A stretch of 64,000 bases of DNA. It comes from Candidatus Avidehalobacter gallistercoris. GTDB lineage: Bacteria > Bacillota > Dehalobacteriia > UBA4068 > UBA4997. This document shows, one piece after another, positions 48,237-58,753 of the stretch. Location: contig DVMH01000009.1 of the NCBI GenBank assembly GCA_018715045.1, positions 20-64,019 on the forward strand, written 5' to 3'. Under the pieces are notes generated by a model. The model did no database searches. It worked only from the letters and a program-made list of their open reading frames with translations, and had not been told where the DNA came from. A program made the position numbers and the translations under genes. Every line of letters begins with the position of its first letter. The first letter of the stretch is position 1.

Positions 48237-50615
48237 ATGCCGAAACAATTATTTAAGCAGCTTTTGCAAAAGGAATTTGTTATTCTGGACGGCGCGATGG
48301 GCACTATGCTGCTCACTCGTGGGCTAAAACTGGGCGAAAACCCGGAGGTGTTTGCACTCCGTCATCCCGAGGTGCTGCGGGATATTCACCGCGCCTACAT
48401 CGACGCTGGAGCGGATGTGATATACGCCTGCACTTTCGGCGCTAACCGTCTGAAGCTGGCGGATACCGGCCACACCCCGGCAGAAGTTATCAACGCCAAT
48501 ATACGGCTGGCTCGCGAGGCTGCTGGCGGAAACGCTTTGGTGGCTCTGGACATCGGATCGCTGGGCGAATTGATGGAACCGGCTGGCACACTGAGCTTTG
48601 AAACAGCCTATGACTGCTTTAAGGAAATGTTAACAGCTGGCGAGGCTGCGGGGGCAGACATGGCCGTGCTGGAAACGTTCACCAGCCTGCATGAAATGAA
48701 AGCCGCTGTACTGGCTGCCAAGGAAAACACAAATTTACCCATTATATGTTCGCTGACATTTGATAAAAATAACCGCACATTTAACGGCGACAGCGTGGAG
48801 GCGATGGCCTGTATGCTCTCTGCCCTGGGTATAGACGCAATCGGTATTAACTGCTCACCGGGGCCTCGGGGGATACTGGAGATTATGAAAGAGCTGGCAC
48901 ATCACACAAATTTGCCACTGCTGGTAAAAGCCAACGCAGGATTGCCTGACCCGGAAACTAAGGAATATGCCCTGAAACCAGCCGAATTTGCCACCGAAAT
49001 GCGGGAATTTGCGGCACTCGGCGTACAGATGCTGGGCGGCTGCTGTGGTACCACGCCCACATATATTGCGACGCTGAAGCAGGAATTGGCCGGCGCGCAC
49101 CGCGCCGTGCGGGCGCAGATAAACGAAGCGGCAGTCTGTTCCGCCACCCAGACAGTGTATTTGGACGCACCCCAAATTGTAGGCGAGCGACTGAACCCCA
49201 CTGGCAAAAAAATGTTACAGCAGGCGCTCAGAGAGCATAATTTCGATTATATTGCCGCCAAGGCGCTGGAACAGCAGCAGGCGGGCGCAGCCATTCTGGA
49301 CATTAACGTAGGATTACCCGGGCTTAATGAAGCGCAACTTATGCCGCAGGTGGTGAAAGCCGTACAGGCGGTGGTTGATCTGCCACTGCAAATTGATTCC
49401 GCCGACCCGGCAGCCATCGAGGCGGGCCTCAGGGCGGTTAACGGCAAAGCCATCGTTAATTCGGTAAACGGCAAGAACGAGATACTGAAAAGCGTGCTGC
49501 CGCTGGTAAAAAAATACGGCGCGGCGGTCATCGGGCTGACGCTGGACGAAAACGGCATACCGCCAACGGCAGAAGCGCGCCTGACTATCGCCCGACATAT
49601 TATGACACAGGCTTTGGCCGCTGGTATCCCCAAAGAAGATATTTATATCGACTGCCTGACTCTGACCGTCTCAGCGCAGCAGGAACAGGCACGGGAAACG
49701 CTTAACGCACTACGCCGCGTCAAGCAGGAACTTGGTCTGAAAACAGCGCTTGGCGTTTCCAACATATCATTTGGCCTGCCCAACCGCGGACTGATCAACC
49801 GCACATTTCTGGCTATGGCGCTGGAGGCAGGGCTGGATCTGGCTATCATTAACCCCAATGCGCCCGGTATGTCTGACACCGTGGCCGCGTTTAAAGTGCT
49901 TAACAACCAGGATCACTCGGGTGTTTCGTATATCGCCACCCAAACGGCAGAAAAACAGCCAGATCCCACTCCTGCGGCGGCAGAGAAAGACCCGGACTCC
50001 CGTTTGACCCATGCCATTGCGCAAGGACTAAAAAGCGAAGTGCAGGCGGCTTGTACGGCAGTTTTAGCGCAAGATGACGAATTGAGCGTCATCAATCGTC
50101 TGCTGATACCAGCGTTGGACGAGGTTGGCAAACGCTATGAGCGAGAGGAAATATATCTGCCCCAGCTGATCAACGCAGCAGCGGCAGCAGGCGCGGCCTT
50201 TGATCTGATCAAGGAGCGCATTGCTGCCAAGGAAGGCGGCGCGGCCGCCAAGGGGCGGATACTGATGGCCACCGTTTACGGCGACATTCACGACATCGGC
50301 AAGAACATCGTCAAGGTCATTCTGGCCAATTACGGCTATCAAATCACCGACCTTGGACGCGACGTACCGGCGGAAAAAATTGTTCAAACCGCTATCGAAC
50401 AGGACATCAAACTGATCGGGCTTTCCGCCCTGATGACCACTACTGTAGCCAGTATGCAGCAAACGATCGAAGCCCTGCGACAAAGCGGCTGGAACGGACA
50501 AATTTTCGTGGGCGGCGCAGTACTGACACCGGAATATGCTGCCGCTATCGGGGCGGATTTCTACGCTAAAGACGCCATGCAAAGCGTAGAGATCGCCAAG
50601 CGCGTACTGGGTTAA
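48237..50615 (+). CDS. metH: cobalamin-dependent methionine synthase (Hcy-binding + pterin-binding + B12-binding domains; no activation domain)
   Basis: ATG 48237 preferred (GAGGAA 6 nt upstream); 48216 is also possible. ..GGCCGTTPTYI.., a pterin-binding barrel, and the B12 motif GDIHDIGKNIV. Confidence 0.9.
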   Translation: MPKQLFKQLLQKEFVILDGAMGTMLLTRGLKLGENPEVFALRHPEVLRDIHRAYIDAGADVIYACTFGANRLKLADTGHTPAEVINANIRLAREAAGGNALVALDIGSLGELMEPAGTLSFETAYDCFKEMLTAGEAAGADMAVLETFTSLHEMKAAVLAAKENTNLPIICSLTFDKNNRTFNGDSVEAMACMLSALGIDAIGINCSPGPRGILEIMKELAHHTNLPLLVKANAGLPDPETKEYALKPAEFATEMREFAALGVQMLGGCCGTTPTYIATLKQELAGAHRAVRAQINEAAVCSATQTVYLDAPQIVGERLNPTGKKMLQQALREHNFDYIAAKALEQQQAGAAILDINVGLPGLNEAQLMPQVVKAVQAVVDLPLQIDSADPAAIEAGLRAVNGKAIVNSVNGKNEILKSVLPLVKKYGAAVIGLTLDENGIPPTAEARLTIARHIMTQALAAGIPKEDIYIDCLTLTVSAQQEQARETLNALRRVKQELGLKTALGVSNISFGLPNRGLINRTFLAMALEAGLDLAIINPNAPGMSDTVAAFKVLNNQDHSGVSYIATQTAEKQPDPTPAAAEKDPDSRLTHAIAQGLKSEVQAACTAVLAQDDELSVINRLLIPALDEVGKRYEREEIYLPQLINAAAAAGAAFDLIKERIAAKEGGAAAKGRILMATVYGDIHDIGKNIVKVILANYGYQITDLGRDVPAEKIVQTAIEQDIKLIGLSALMTTTVASMQQTIEALRQSGWNGQIFVGGAVLTPEYAAAIGADFYAKDAMQSVEIAKRVLG

Positions 50616-50625
50616 GGAGGACGCC

Positions 50626-52407
50626 ATGCCAAACAACATCAAGGAATTTTTGCGGGATAACACGCTGCTTTTTGATGGCGCAATGGGCACCTATTTTGCT
50701 CAACTGTTCCGCGGGCAGGAGGCCAACTGTGAATCGGCCAACCTTACTCACCCGGAACGTGTACTTGCCATCCATCGGGCGTATATTCAGTCCGGGGTAA
50801 ACGCCATTAAAACCAACACTTTCGGCGTGAACCATGGGCTTGGCAGCATTTCGGACAATATGCGGAAAATTATCACTGCCGGCTGGCACATAGCAACCGA
50901 GGCTGCTGACGAAGCACCGAATCACCCTTTCGTATTTGCGGATATCGGGCCTATCCCTCCGCATGACCAGGCTGACCTGGCAGCGGAATACCGTGAAATT
51001 GTGGATATTTTCCTCGAGCTCGGAGCCGTAAATTTCCTGTTTGAAACGCTGGCCGGAGCCTGCTCACTGACCGAGATCTGCGCTTACATCAAAAAGAAGC
51101 GCTCGGACGCTTTTATAATCACCTCTTTTGCCGTGCAGCCGGATGGCTTTACGCGCGAGGGGGCAAGCGGCGCGGCGCTTTATGCCGCCATGCAGCAAAC
51201 GGCAGCAGACGCGGTTGGCTTCAACTGCGTTTCTGGCCCGTATCATCTGAAAGAATATGTCCGCCGGCTGCCCAAGGGCGGGAAATACCTCTCCGTCATG
51301 CCGAATGCGGGCTATCCAACGGTTATTGGCAGCCGGACGTTTTTCGGCAGCAACCCGACCTACTTCGGCGGCGAGCTGGCGGAAATCGCAGCGCTCGGAG
51401 CAAAAATCGTCGGCGGCTGCTGCGGCACTACGCCTGAACATATCGCAGCCGCAGCAGAACAGCTAAACCTTAGGGCTGAGAGCGTAACGAAGCTTGCCAT
51501 AAACGAACGCGTGACCGCAGCGCCCAAACCCCTGCCCAACCGTCTGCTGCAAAAGGCAGAGAGCGGCCGCCGCCTTCTGGCGGTGGAACTGGAACCGCCA
51601 GCCGACGTAAATCTGCCACAGTTTATGGCTAAGGCCAAAATGTTGGCCGACATAAGCGTGGACGCTATAACCATACCGGACTGTCCAATTGGCCGGGCTC
51701 GTATGGATAGTTCACTGCTTGCCTGCAAGCTGCACCGGGAGCTTTCCGTTGACGTGCTGCCCCATCTCACCTGCCGTGACCGCAACCTGAATGCCATCAA
51801 GGCGTTGCTGCTGGGGCTTTCCGTTGAGGGAGTGAACAACGTGCTGATCGTAACCGGCGACCCGATACCAACTGCCGAACGCGATGAGATCAAAAGCGTG
51901 TTCAATTTCAATTCGCGTATGCTTGCCAAATATATCAGTAATCTGAACGCGATAGAGCTGGCGACGCCTTTCCATATTTGCGGGGCGCTGAACCTGAACG
52001 CGCTGAATTTTGATATCCAACTGAAGTTAGCACAGGAAAAAATCGCGGGTGGAGTACAGACATTTCTCACCCAGCCCGTTTTGAGCCCGACAGCAGTAGA
52101 CAATCTGCGCCGCGCGAAGCAGCAACTGCCCGCCCGCATTCTGGCGGGCATTATGCCGGTAATGAGCTTCAGAAACGCCTGCTTTATGAATAACGAGATC
52201 GCAGGCATCAGCGTCTGCCCGGAAATCTGTGCGCTTTACGAGGGAAAAACACGCGCAGAAGCACGGGATCTGGCAGTGCGCGTTTCGGCAGAGATCGCAG
52301 CCAGGGTAGCCACTGACTGTGACGGTTACTACATCATTTCTCCGTTTAACCGGGTTGATGTAGTAGCTGATATTGTGGAACTGGTACGAGCAAGAAATCT
52401 TCTTTAA
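50626..52407 (+). CDS. yitJ: bifunctional homocysteine S-methyltransferase / 5,10-methylenetetrahydrofolate reductase (YitJ-like)
   Basis: GGAGG lies 5 nt before the ATG. The N-terminal Hcy-methyltransferase domain ends ..GGCCGTTPEHI; the C-terminal ~290 aa are MTHFR-like (..TCRDRN.., ..LIVTGDP..). Confidence 0.85.
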   Translation: MPNNIKEFLRDNTLLFDGAMGTYFAQLFRGQEANCESANLTHPERVLAIHRAYIQSGVNAIKTNTFGVNHGLGSISDNMRKIITAGWHIATEAADEAPNHPFVFADIGPIPPHDQADLAAEYREIVDIFLELGAVNFLFETLAGACSLTEICAYIKKKRSDAFIITSFAVQPDGFTREGASGAALYAAMQQTAADAVGFNCVSGPYHLKEYVRRLPKGGKYLSVMPNAGYPTVIGSRTFFGSNPTYFGGELAEIAALGAKIVGGCCGTTPEHIAAAAEQLNLRAESVTKLAINERVTAAPKPLPNRLLQKAESGRRLLAVELEPPADVNLPQFMAKAKMLADISVDAITIPDCPIGRARMDSSLLACKLHRELSVDVLPHLTCRDRNLNAIKALLLGLSVEGVNNVLIVTGDPIPTAERDEIKSVFNFNSRMLAKYISNLNAIELATPFHICGALNLNALNFDIQLKLAQEKIAGGVQTFLTQPVLSPTAVDNLRRAKQQLPARILAGIMPVMSFRNACFMNNEIAGISVCPEICALYEGKTRAEARDLAVRVSAEIAARVATDCDGYYIISPFNRVDVVADIVELVRARNLL

Positions 52408-52534
52408 GCAAATTCGCTGCATTTAAACGCAAAAAGAGCGTTTACCGCAATAGACAACGGCCGGTAAAGAAGCCTCGCTGACGCTTAACCGGTTCAACAA
52501 TAAAAGTGTCAGAATCATAAGGAGGCAGATACTC

Positions 52535-53056
52535 ATGGAACTGCAATTTCTCGATTGGATGCAAACACTGCACTCGCATGAGCTGGATTGCCTTATGGTT
52601 GCGGTCACTAGTCTTGGAAATGGCGGAATCCTATGGATTTCCTTTGCAGTTTTGCTGCTGCTCCATCCCAAAACCCGTAAAGCAGGATTGGCTGTAGCTG
52701 CAAGCCTTGTGCTGGAGCTTATTTGCTGCAATCTGATCTTAAAGCCGCTGGTTGCACGTCCACGACCTTTTGATATAAACGCAGAGATTTGCCTGCTCAT
52801 TTCCCGCCCTGCGGACTACAGTTTTCCATCCGGCCATACTGGGGCTTCCTTTGCCGCAGCTTCTGCGCTATTTTTCCAAAAAAACCGTTTATGGATGCCA
52901 ACAGTACTGCTTGCTGCACTTATAGCTTTTTCCCGAATGTACCTCTATGTGCATTATCCAAGCGATGTACTGGCCGGAGCCCTGCTGGGCGTGATGCTGG
53001 GATGGCTTGGCAGCTTTTGCGCAGGTCTGCTGGAAAGACTTCACCATGAAACGTGA
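52535..53056 (+). CDS. PAP2 family lipid phosphatase
   Basis: KPLVARPRP, FPSGHT and SRMYLYVHYPSD are the three PAP2 motifs. Confidence 0.85.
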   Translation: MELQFLDWMQTLHSHELDCLMVAVTSLGNGGILWISFAVLLLLHPKTRKAGLAVAASLVLELICCNLILKPLVARPRPFDINAEICLLISRPADYSFPSGHTGASFAAASALFFQKNRLWMPTVLLAALIAFSRMYLYVHYPSDVLAGALLGVMLGWLGSFCAGLLERLHHET

Positions 53057-53329
53057 ACCATCGCTCTTTCTGATGAGCATAGAAATTAGAATCCCAGCAA
53101 GAGGACTTTCTGTGGGTTCAGCTGGAATAAGATGATACACTTTGCAGAAAATAGTTTCTTTGCTGAGCGCAATATCAGCCAGAACATCAAACCGTAGAAA
53201 AGTAAAGAAAAAGCAGAACGGCAATAGTTTCCCGACTATGCCGCCCTGCAACAAGATTACATTACTCTCTTATTCCTTGTAGGCGTGCCGCATTGACACA
53301 CGCTTTATTATACCCTTTTTTGCCACAGT

Positions 53330-55246
53330 TTAGAAATCCTTGTTCAGCTCGGCAACCTCGCGTAAAGCCTGTTCGGCAAATTCTTCCACAGTCATGGTCA
53401 CACTTGCATCGTTGCCGCGCCTGCGCACTGCCAGCGTGCCGTCCTCGGCCTCTTTGCCGCCCACAACCAGAATATACGGCGTTTTCTGGTTGCGTGCTTC
53501 TCTGATCTTATAGCCCAGCTTTTCGTTGCGGATATCGGCTTCCACGCGCAGACCCAGCGCTTTCAATTTCGCCGTCACATACTCGGCATATTCGTTCTGA
53601 TTTTCAGTGATCGTCAGAACCTTGGCCTGCACAGGGCTCAGCCACAACGGAAACGCACCGGCAAAATGCTCGGTAATAATACCAATAAAGCGTTCGATCG
53701 AACCCAGCACCACTCGGTGGATCATCACAGGACGGTGCTTTTGGTTGTCTTCACCCACATATTCCAGCTTAAAACGCTCCGGCATCTGAAAATCCAGCTG
53801 AATGGTACCGCACTGCCACGTGCGCCCCAGGCTGTCAGCCAGATGAAAATCCAGCTTTGGACCATAGAACGCACCATCGCCCTCGTTGATAACGAACGTC
53901 TTGCCCATATCGGTAATTGCGTTTTTCAGCGTTTCAGTAGCAAAATCCCAGTCCGCCTTGTCGCCAATATGATCCTCCGGCATTGTGGAAACCTCAATTT
54001 GATAGTTTAACCCAAACGTGGAATAAACCTCATCAAACAGACGCACCACATTCTGTATCTCTTCTTTCATCTGGTCGCGCATCATAAAGATGTGCGCATC
54101 GTCCTGCGTGAAGCAACGCACCCGGAACAAGCCGTGCAGAGCACCGGAAAGCTCATGACGGTGTACCAGGCCAAGTTCGCCCACACGAAGCGGCAGATCG
54201 CGGTAGGAATGAGGCTCGCTCCGATAAACAAGCATCCCGCCCGGGCAGTTCATCGGTTTAACCGCATAATCCTCACCGTCGATTTGGGTAGTATACATAT
54301 TATCCTTGTAATGATCCCAGTGACCAGAACGGTGCCAAAGCTCCTGATTTAAGATAATTGGCGTGGAAATCTCCACATAGCCATAGCGGTCATGAACCTT
54401 GCGCCAGTAATCAATCAGCGCATTCCGCAGCAGCATACCTTTAGGCAGGAAGAAAGGAAAGCCTGGCCCCTCGTCAGCCAGCATAAAGAGATCCAGTTCT
54501 TTGCCAAGCTTGCGGTGATCGCGCTTTTTAGCCTCCTCCAGACGGAACAGATAAGCATCCAATTCCTTTTTATCCGGGAAAGTGATCGCATAAATACGCT
54601 GAAGCATTTTGTTCTTGGCATCTCCCCGCCAATATGCCCCGGCAAAAGACAGCACCGCCGCCGCCTTAATAAATCCGGTGCGCGGCAGATGGGGCCCACG
54701 ACAAAGATCGGTGAAATCGCCCTGCGTATAGGTACTAATGACAGCGTCCTCCGGCAGATCGTTTATCAAAATCTGCTTATAGCCCTCACCTCGTGCAGTA
54801 AAAAATTCCAGCGCTTCTTGGCGTGGCAGCTCTTCTCTGGTAAATGTCAGATCCTCGGCGGCGATTTTCAGCATTTCCTGCTGAATGACCTCCATATCCT
54901 CCGGCACAAAGACGTGAGAGCTGTCCACGTCGTAATAGAAGCCCTCCTTAATCGCTGGTCCTATGGCAAACTGCGTATCAGGAAACAGACGCTTGATGGC
55001 CTGCGCCATCACATGGGCGGAGCTGTGCCAGAAAACATGCTTGCCCTCCTCGTCGTCAAATGTGAATATCCGGAGCGTTACCTCGCCGTCCAAGGGCTTA
55101 GTCAGATCAACCATCTGGCCATTAGCTTCAGCCGCCAGCGCTCTTTTAGCCAGCTTATTGCTGATGGTTTTGGCAATCTCCAAAGCGGTCATCGGTTCGG
55201 CAAATTCTTTCTGCGCGCCGTCCGGGAAAGTAATATGCAAGCTCAT
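53330..55246 (-). CDS. thrS: threonine--tRNA ligase
   Basis: ATG 55246 (GAGG 8 nt upstream); the track starts at TTG 55252. TGS domain, editing domain, class II core (..YRDLPLRVGELGLVHRHE..) and an anticodon-binding domain. Confidence 0.95.
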   Translation of the reverse strand: MSLHITFPDGAQKEFAEPMTALEIAKTISNKLAKRALAAEANGQMVDLTKPLDGEVTLRIFTFDDEEGKHVFWHSSAHVMAQAIKRLFPDTQFAIGPAIKEGFYYDVDSSHVFVPEDMEVIQQEMLKIAAEDLTFTREELPRQEALEFFTARGEGYKQILINDLPEDAVISTYTQGDFTDLCRGPHLPRTGFIKAAAVLSFAGAYWRGDAKNKMLQRIYAITFPDKKELDAYLFRLEEAKKRDHRKLGKELDLFMLADEGPGFPFFLPKGMLLRNALIDYWRKVHDRYGYVEISTPIILNQELWHRSGHWDHYKDNMYTTQIDGEDYAVKPMNCPGGMLVYRSEPHSYRDLPLRVGELGLVHRHELSGALHGLFRVRCFTQDDAHIFMMRDQMKEEIQNVVRLFDEVYSTFGLNYQIEVSTMPEDHIGDKADWDFATETLKNAITDMGKTFVINEGDGAFYGPKLDFHLADSLGRTWQCGTIQLDFQMPERFKLEYVGEDNQKHRPVMIHRVVLGSIERFIGIITEHFAGAFPLWLSPVQAKVLTITENQNEYAEYVTAKLKALGLRVEADIRNEKLGYKIREARNQKTPYILVVGGKEAEDGTLAVRRRGNDASVTMTVEEFAEQALREVAELNKDF

Positions 55247-55389
55247 ATTCAATACCTCATCTTATTATAATATTATTTTCGCTTATCTTTTTATTATAGC
55301 ATAGACTTTTTTTTTGTCAAACAATGTGCTAATATTTATGGTAAAGAATTTGCAATTTTGCCTGTCTTTTGCGCAAAAGGAGTTTTTAT

Positions 55390-55980
55390 ATGCCGGAAAA
55401 AGATACTCAAAATCCTGCCTCCTACCGCGAACTGTTCTGGCTGTTTGCCAAGATAGGACTATTCACAGTGGGAGGCGGCGCGGTGATGCTGCCGCTGATC
55501 CAAAATGCCGTAGTAGAAGATAAAAAATGGCTGACAGATGACGAATTTGCCGATATGTTCGCCATCACCAACAGCGCGCCCGGCGCGTTCACTATCAACG
55601 CAGCTATTTATATCGGCTACACAAAGCGTGGGTTGACCGGAGCCACCGCCGCCACGCTTGGCATGGTAACGCCATCGGTAATCATAATTCTGATTTTAGC
55701 TTATCTTATATTGCTGGGCAAAAACGTCGAGATTTTGCAGCAATTTTTCGCGGGCGTGCGTCCTATTGTGGCTGCCTTGCTGCTGGACGCCGGTCTGAAG
55801 CTGAGAAAAGGTCTTTTGAAAAGCCGCTTTGACCTTATGTTGCTGGCATTTGGACTTGCCATGCTGCTGCTGGCCAGCGCAAACACGGTTTTCGTCATAC
55901 TTACAGGGGCGGCAACAGCCATTTTGTATCACCGGCTGAAGTCGGACGCAAAGCCGGTGGGAGGAGGCGGCAAGGCATGA
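55390..55980 (+). CDS. chrA: chromate transporter family protein (half-size, first of pair)
   Basis: ATG 55390 (AAGGAG upstream). ..FAKIGLFTVGGGAVMLPLIQ.. is the CHR motif. Confidence 0.8.
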   Translation: MPEKDTQNPASYRELFWLFAKIGLFTVGGGAVMLPLIQNAVVEDKKWLTDDEFADMFAITNSAPGAFTINAAIYIGYTKRGLTGATAATLGMVTPSVIIILILAYLILLGKNVEILQQFFAGVRPIVAALLLDAGLKLRKGLLKSRFDLMLLAFGLAMLLLASANTVFVILTGAATAILYHRLKSDAKPVGGGGKA

Positions 55981-56507
55981 TTTTGTTGGAGCTTTTCCTC
56001 ACATTTGTGTTGATTGGCATTTTGAATTTCGGTGGCGGCTACGCCATGATCTCGTTCATTCAAAACCAAGTAGTTAATATCCATGGTTGGCTGACTTTGC
56101 GCGAATACACCGATATGATCGCCATATCGCAAGCAACTCCTGGGCCGATCGCCGTCAACACCGCCACATATACCGGCTTCAAAATTGCCGGGGTACCAGG
56201 GGCGCTCCTGGCGACTTTGGCGCTGATCGTACCGGCCTATTTTATCATTTTGGGGCTGATGTATATATTTCGCCGCTGGCCGGATAATAAATATCTGCAA
56301 TGGGGCTTAAGCGGCATAAAGCCTATGGTACTGGCACTGATCATCGGCTCAGCCTTTACGCTGGGCGTGGAGAACGTTACCAATTTATACGAACTGGTGT
56401 TATTTGGACTTGCCATGCTGCTGCTGCGCAAATTCAACACCAACCCCATCATCCTGATACTAGCGTTCGGCTGCTGGGGAATATTCACTGCTAACTTTAT
56501 TTTCTAG
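55977..56507 (+). CDS. chrA: chromate transporter family protein (half-size, second of pair)
   Basis: Overlaps the previous stop by 4 nt. ..IGILNFGGGYAMISFIQ... Confidence 0.8.
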   Translation: MILLELFLTFVLIGILNFGGGYAMISFIQNQVVNIHGWLTLREYTDMIAISQATPGPIAVNTATYTGFKIAGVPGALLATLALIVPAYFIILGLMYIFRRWPDNKYLQWGLSGIKPMVLALIIGSAFTLGVENVTNLYELVLFGLAMLLLRKFNTNPIILILAFGCWGIFTANFIF

Positions 56508-56521
56508 CCGAGGTATATTTA

Positions 56522-58069
56522 ATGTTTTCACGCAAACTCTTCCGCATCTTCAACGGACGGTTGTTTATTACTGGCCTGGTGCTTCTGGTGCAGCTGCTGG
56601 TAATACTTTCCGCCATAATCTTTTTAAATGATAACTACTTTTGGTGTTCTGTGATCTCTACCTGCATCAGTGTGCTGCTGGTGGTGTTGCTGATTAATAA
56701 TCAGGAGCAAAATCCTTCCACCAAGCTGGCGTGGATCATAGTTATCATGCTGCTGCCCATAGTGGGTGCAACTATCTATCTGCTGTTCGGGTCGCGTTAT
56801 GCCAGCAGCAGCCTGCGCCGTCAGGTACTTTCGGAGGTGGCGCAATCCGACGGCGTACTGCCTACGCGCCGTGAGGTAGTGAATGGAGTATTCGATTTTG
56901 ACCCGGCGGCCGGCTCACAATGCCGCTATTTGCAGCGTGCAACACAAATCCCGCCCTATGCTGCGGGAGAATGCCGGTATTTTACCAGCGGCGAGGAGCT
57001 TTTTCCCCAGCTGCTGCTGGAGCTGAAAAAAGCCGAGAAATACATTTTCATCGAAACGTTTATCATAGAACAAGGTGTGTTCTGGAACAGTATTCTGGAC
57101 GTTTTGCAGGCCAAAGCCGCCGCGGGCGTGGACGTGCGGGTGATGTATGACGATGTAGGCTGCATGAAAACACTGCCCATAAATTATCAACAGCAGCTGG
57201 AGAAGCTGGGTATCAAATGTACTGTTTTCAACCCTGTAAAAGCACATCTGGACACTGGCCTCAACAACCGCGACCACCGCAAAATCACCATTATCGACGG
57301 CAAAACCGCCATTATCGGCGGCATCAATCTAGCCGATGAATATATCAACCAAAAGGTGCGCTTCGGCTATTGGAAAGATTCTGCCCTGCTGCTTAGGGGT
57401 GATAGCGTGACTGCTTTCAATTTTATCTTTCTGCAAAGCTGGAATCTGTACGCGCCAAACCGCCGTATGGATTATACCGAATACTGCACCCCGCCGGACA
57501 GCGCGGCGGTAAAATACAACAGCGGCTGCATACAACCGTTTCACGACAACCCTTTTGACGGCGAACATATCGGCGAATCGGCATTTATCAATATGATCAA
57601 CGCGTCCAACCGCTATATTTACATCAACACGCCGTATTTTATCGTGGACAATGAGTTCTTAATGTCATTGCAGCTGGCGGCCAAACGCGGTGTGGACGTG
57701 CGTATCTGCACGCCGCATATTCCAGACAAATGGTACGTGCACATGATGACGCAGGCTTATTACCAACCGCTGCAAAAGGCCGGCTGCCGCGTAATGGAGT
57801 TTAAGCCAGGATTCAACCACACAAAAAGCATTGTGGCTGATGATAAATACGCCTTTGCCGGTACTATCAACTGCGATTACCGCAGTTTTTATCACCATTT
57901 TGAGTGCGGCGCGCTGCTTTACGGCGTGCCTGGTGTGATTGCTGCGATGAAAGAGGATTTTCTGCGTACTGAGGCGCAGTGTATCCCGGCAGAACAGGCG
58001 GCACGGCTGACACCGCTGCATTTAAGGATATTGCGCAGTCTGCTGCGGCTGTTTGCGCCGCTGATGTAA
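56522..58069 (+). CDS. cls: cardiolipin synthase
   Basis: Two N-terminal TM segments and two HKD motifs (NRDHRKITIIDG; FNHTKSIVADD). Confidence 0.9.
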   Translation: MFSRKLFRIFNGRLFITGLVLLVQLLVILSAIIFLNDNYFWCSVISTCISVLLVVLLINNQEQNPSTKLAWIIVIMLLPIVGATIYLLFGSRYASSSLRRQVLSEVAQSDGVLPTRREVVNGVFDFDPAAGSQCRYLQRATQIPPYAAGECRYFTSGEELFPQLLLELKKAEKYIFIETFIIEQGVFWNSILDVLQAKAAAGVDVRVMYDDVGCMKTLPINYQQQLEKLGIKCTVFNPVKAHLDTGLNNRDHRKITIIDGKTAIIGGINLADEYINQKVRFGYWKDSALLLRGDSVTAFNFIFLQSWNLYAPNRRMDYTEYCTPPDSAAVKYNSGCIQPFHDNPFDGEHIGESAFINMINASNRYIYINTPYFIVDNEFLMSLQLAAKRGVDVRICTPHIPDKWYVHMMTQAYYQPLQKAGCRVMEFKPGFNHTKSIVADDKYAFAGTINCDYRSFYHHFECGALLYGVPGVIAAMKEDFLRTEAQCIPAEQAARLTPLHLRILRSLLRLFAPLM

Positions 58070-58098
58070 AAAGCCTAATATTAAGCCAGAGCGATGTG

Positions 58099-58695
58099 CT
58101 ATTGAACTTTTTTAAGTAGCTTATTGTATAACGCAGCCAAATGTTTTAGCGCATATTTGTTGGCAGATAGCTCCTGCGGCATGGCGTTATAGGCAGTGAT
58201 ATGCTCCGCAACCAGCGCCTCCTTGGCAGGTTCGCTGTCTGGTATCATATCCAGCACCTCGCGCTGGTTTTCCACTGGAGCAAGCTGACGGTTCAACCAC
58301 ACAACGTAATCTAAACTGCTTTTATGGCAACGGCGGAAATGCAACCAATGCCCATATTCATGCAATACCAGAAAGGCAGCAAACAGCAGATCATAGTTTT
58401 CGATATCGATCTCAACCAGATCGTGTATCATGCGCATATAGGAGTGAGTGCTGATGGAATTGCCACGCTCCTCCTGATAATAAAGCTCACTGGCATAAAC
58501 ATCCGGCAGATAAATACCCAGTTCAACCGCGGAATATTGATCTGCCGCCCTCCTGCTTCCCGCCAGCCAATCCTCCAGCTCCGCCTGCGAGATGAACTGA
58601 CAGTAGGCCGACTGGTACCCGCCGGAAACATCCATAAAATGCCAGGGCGCTTTAGCAGAGAGGCCGGATATGGCAACTATATCGTGCAGTTTCAC
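58099..58695 (-). CDS. hypothetical protein with an HExxH motif (putative zinc metallopeptidase)
   Basis: GTG start with GGAGG 9 nt upstream. Motif VLHEYGHWLHF. No signal peptide and no other recognisable domain. Confidence 0.5.
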   Translation of the reverse strand: MKLHDIVAISGLSAKAPWHFMDVSGGYQSAYCQFISQAELEDWLAGSRRAADQYSAVELGIYLPDVYASELYYQEERGNSISTHSYMRMIHDLVEIDIENYDLLFAAFLVLHEYGHWLHFRRCHKSSLDYVVWLNRQLAPVENQREVLDMIPDSEPAKEALVAEHITAYNAMPQELSANKYALKHLAALYNKLLKKVQ

Positions 58696-58753
58696 TGCAA
58701 AAAACCTCCGTTTTCATAAGTTTAAAAGATTATAGCGCAAATATTTCACAAAT

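Noticed and set aside
51360-52208. 282-aa minus-strand ORF inside the yitJ-like gene
   Set aside because: An antisense shadow with a Ser/Ala/Arg-rich translation; the plus-strand gene has clear domain motifs.
52889-53254. 121-aa minus-strand ORF downstream of thrS
   Set aside because: It overlaps the 3' end of the PAP2 gene on the opposite strand and has a TTG start without SD and no motif; probably non-coding spacer.
54392-55270. 292-aa plus-strand ORF over thrS
   Set aside because: Antisense to thrS, with no motifs.
55247-55389. Expected a T-box leader upstream of thrS
   Set aside because: Only about 140 nt separate thrS from chrA, and there is no GGTGGTACCGCG-like T-box sequence or specifier-loop architecture.
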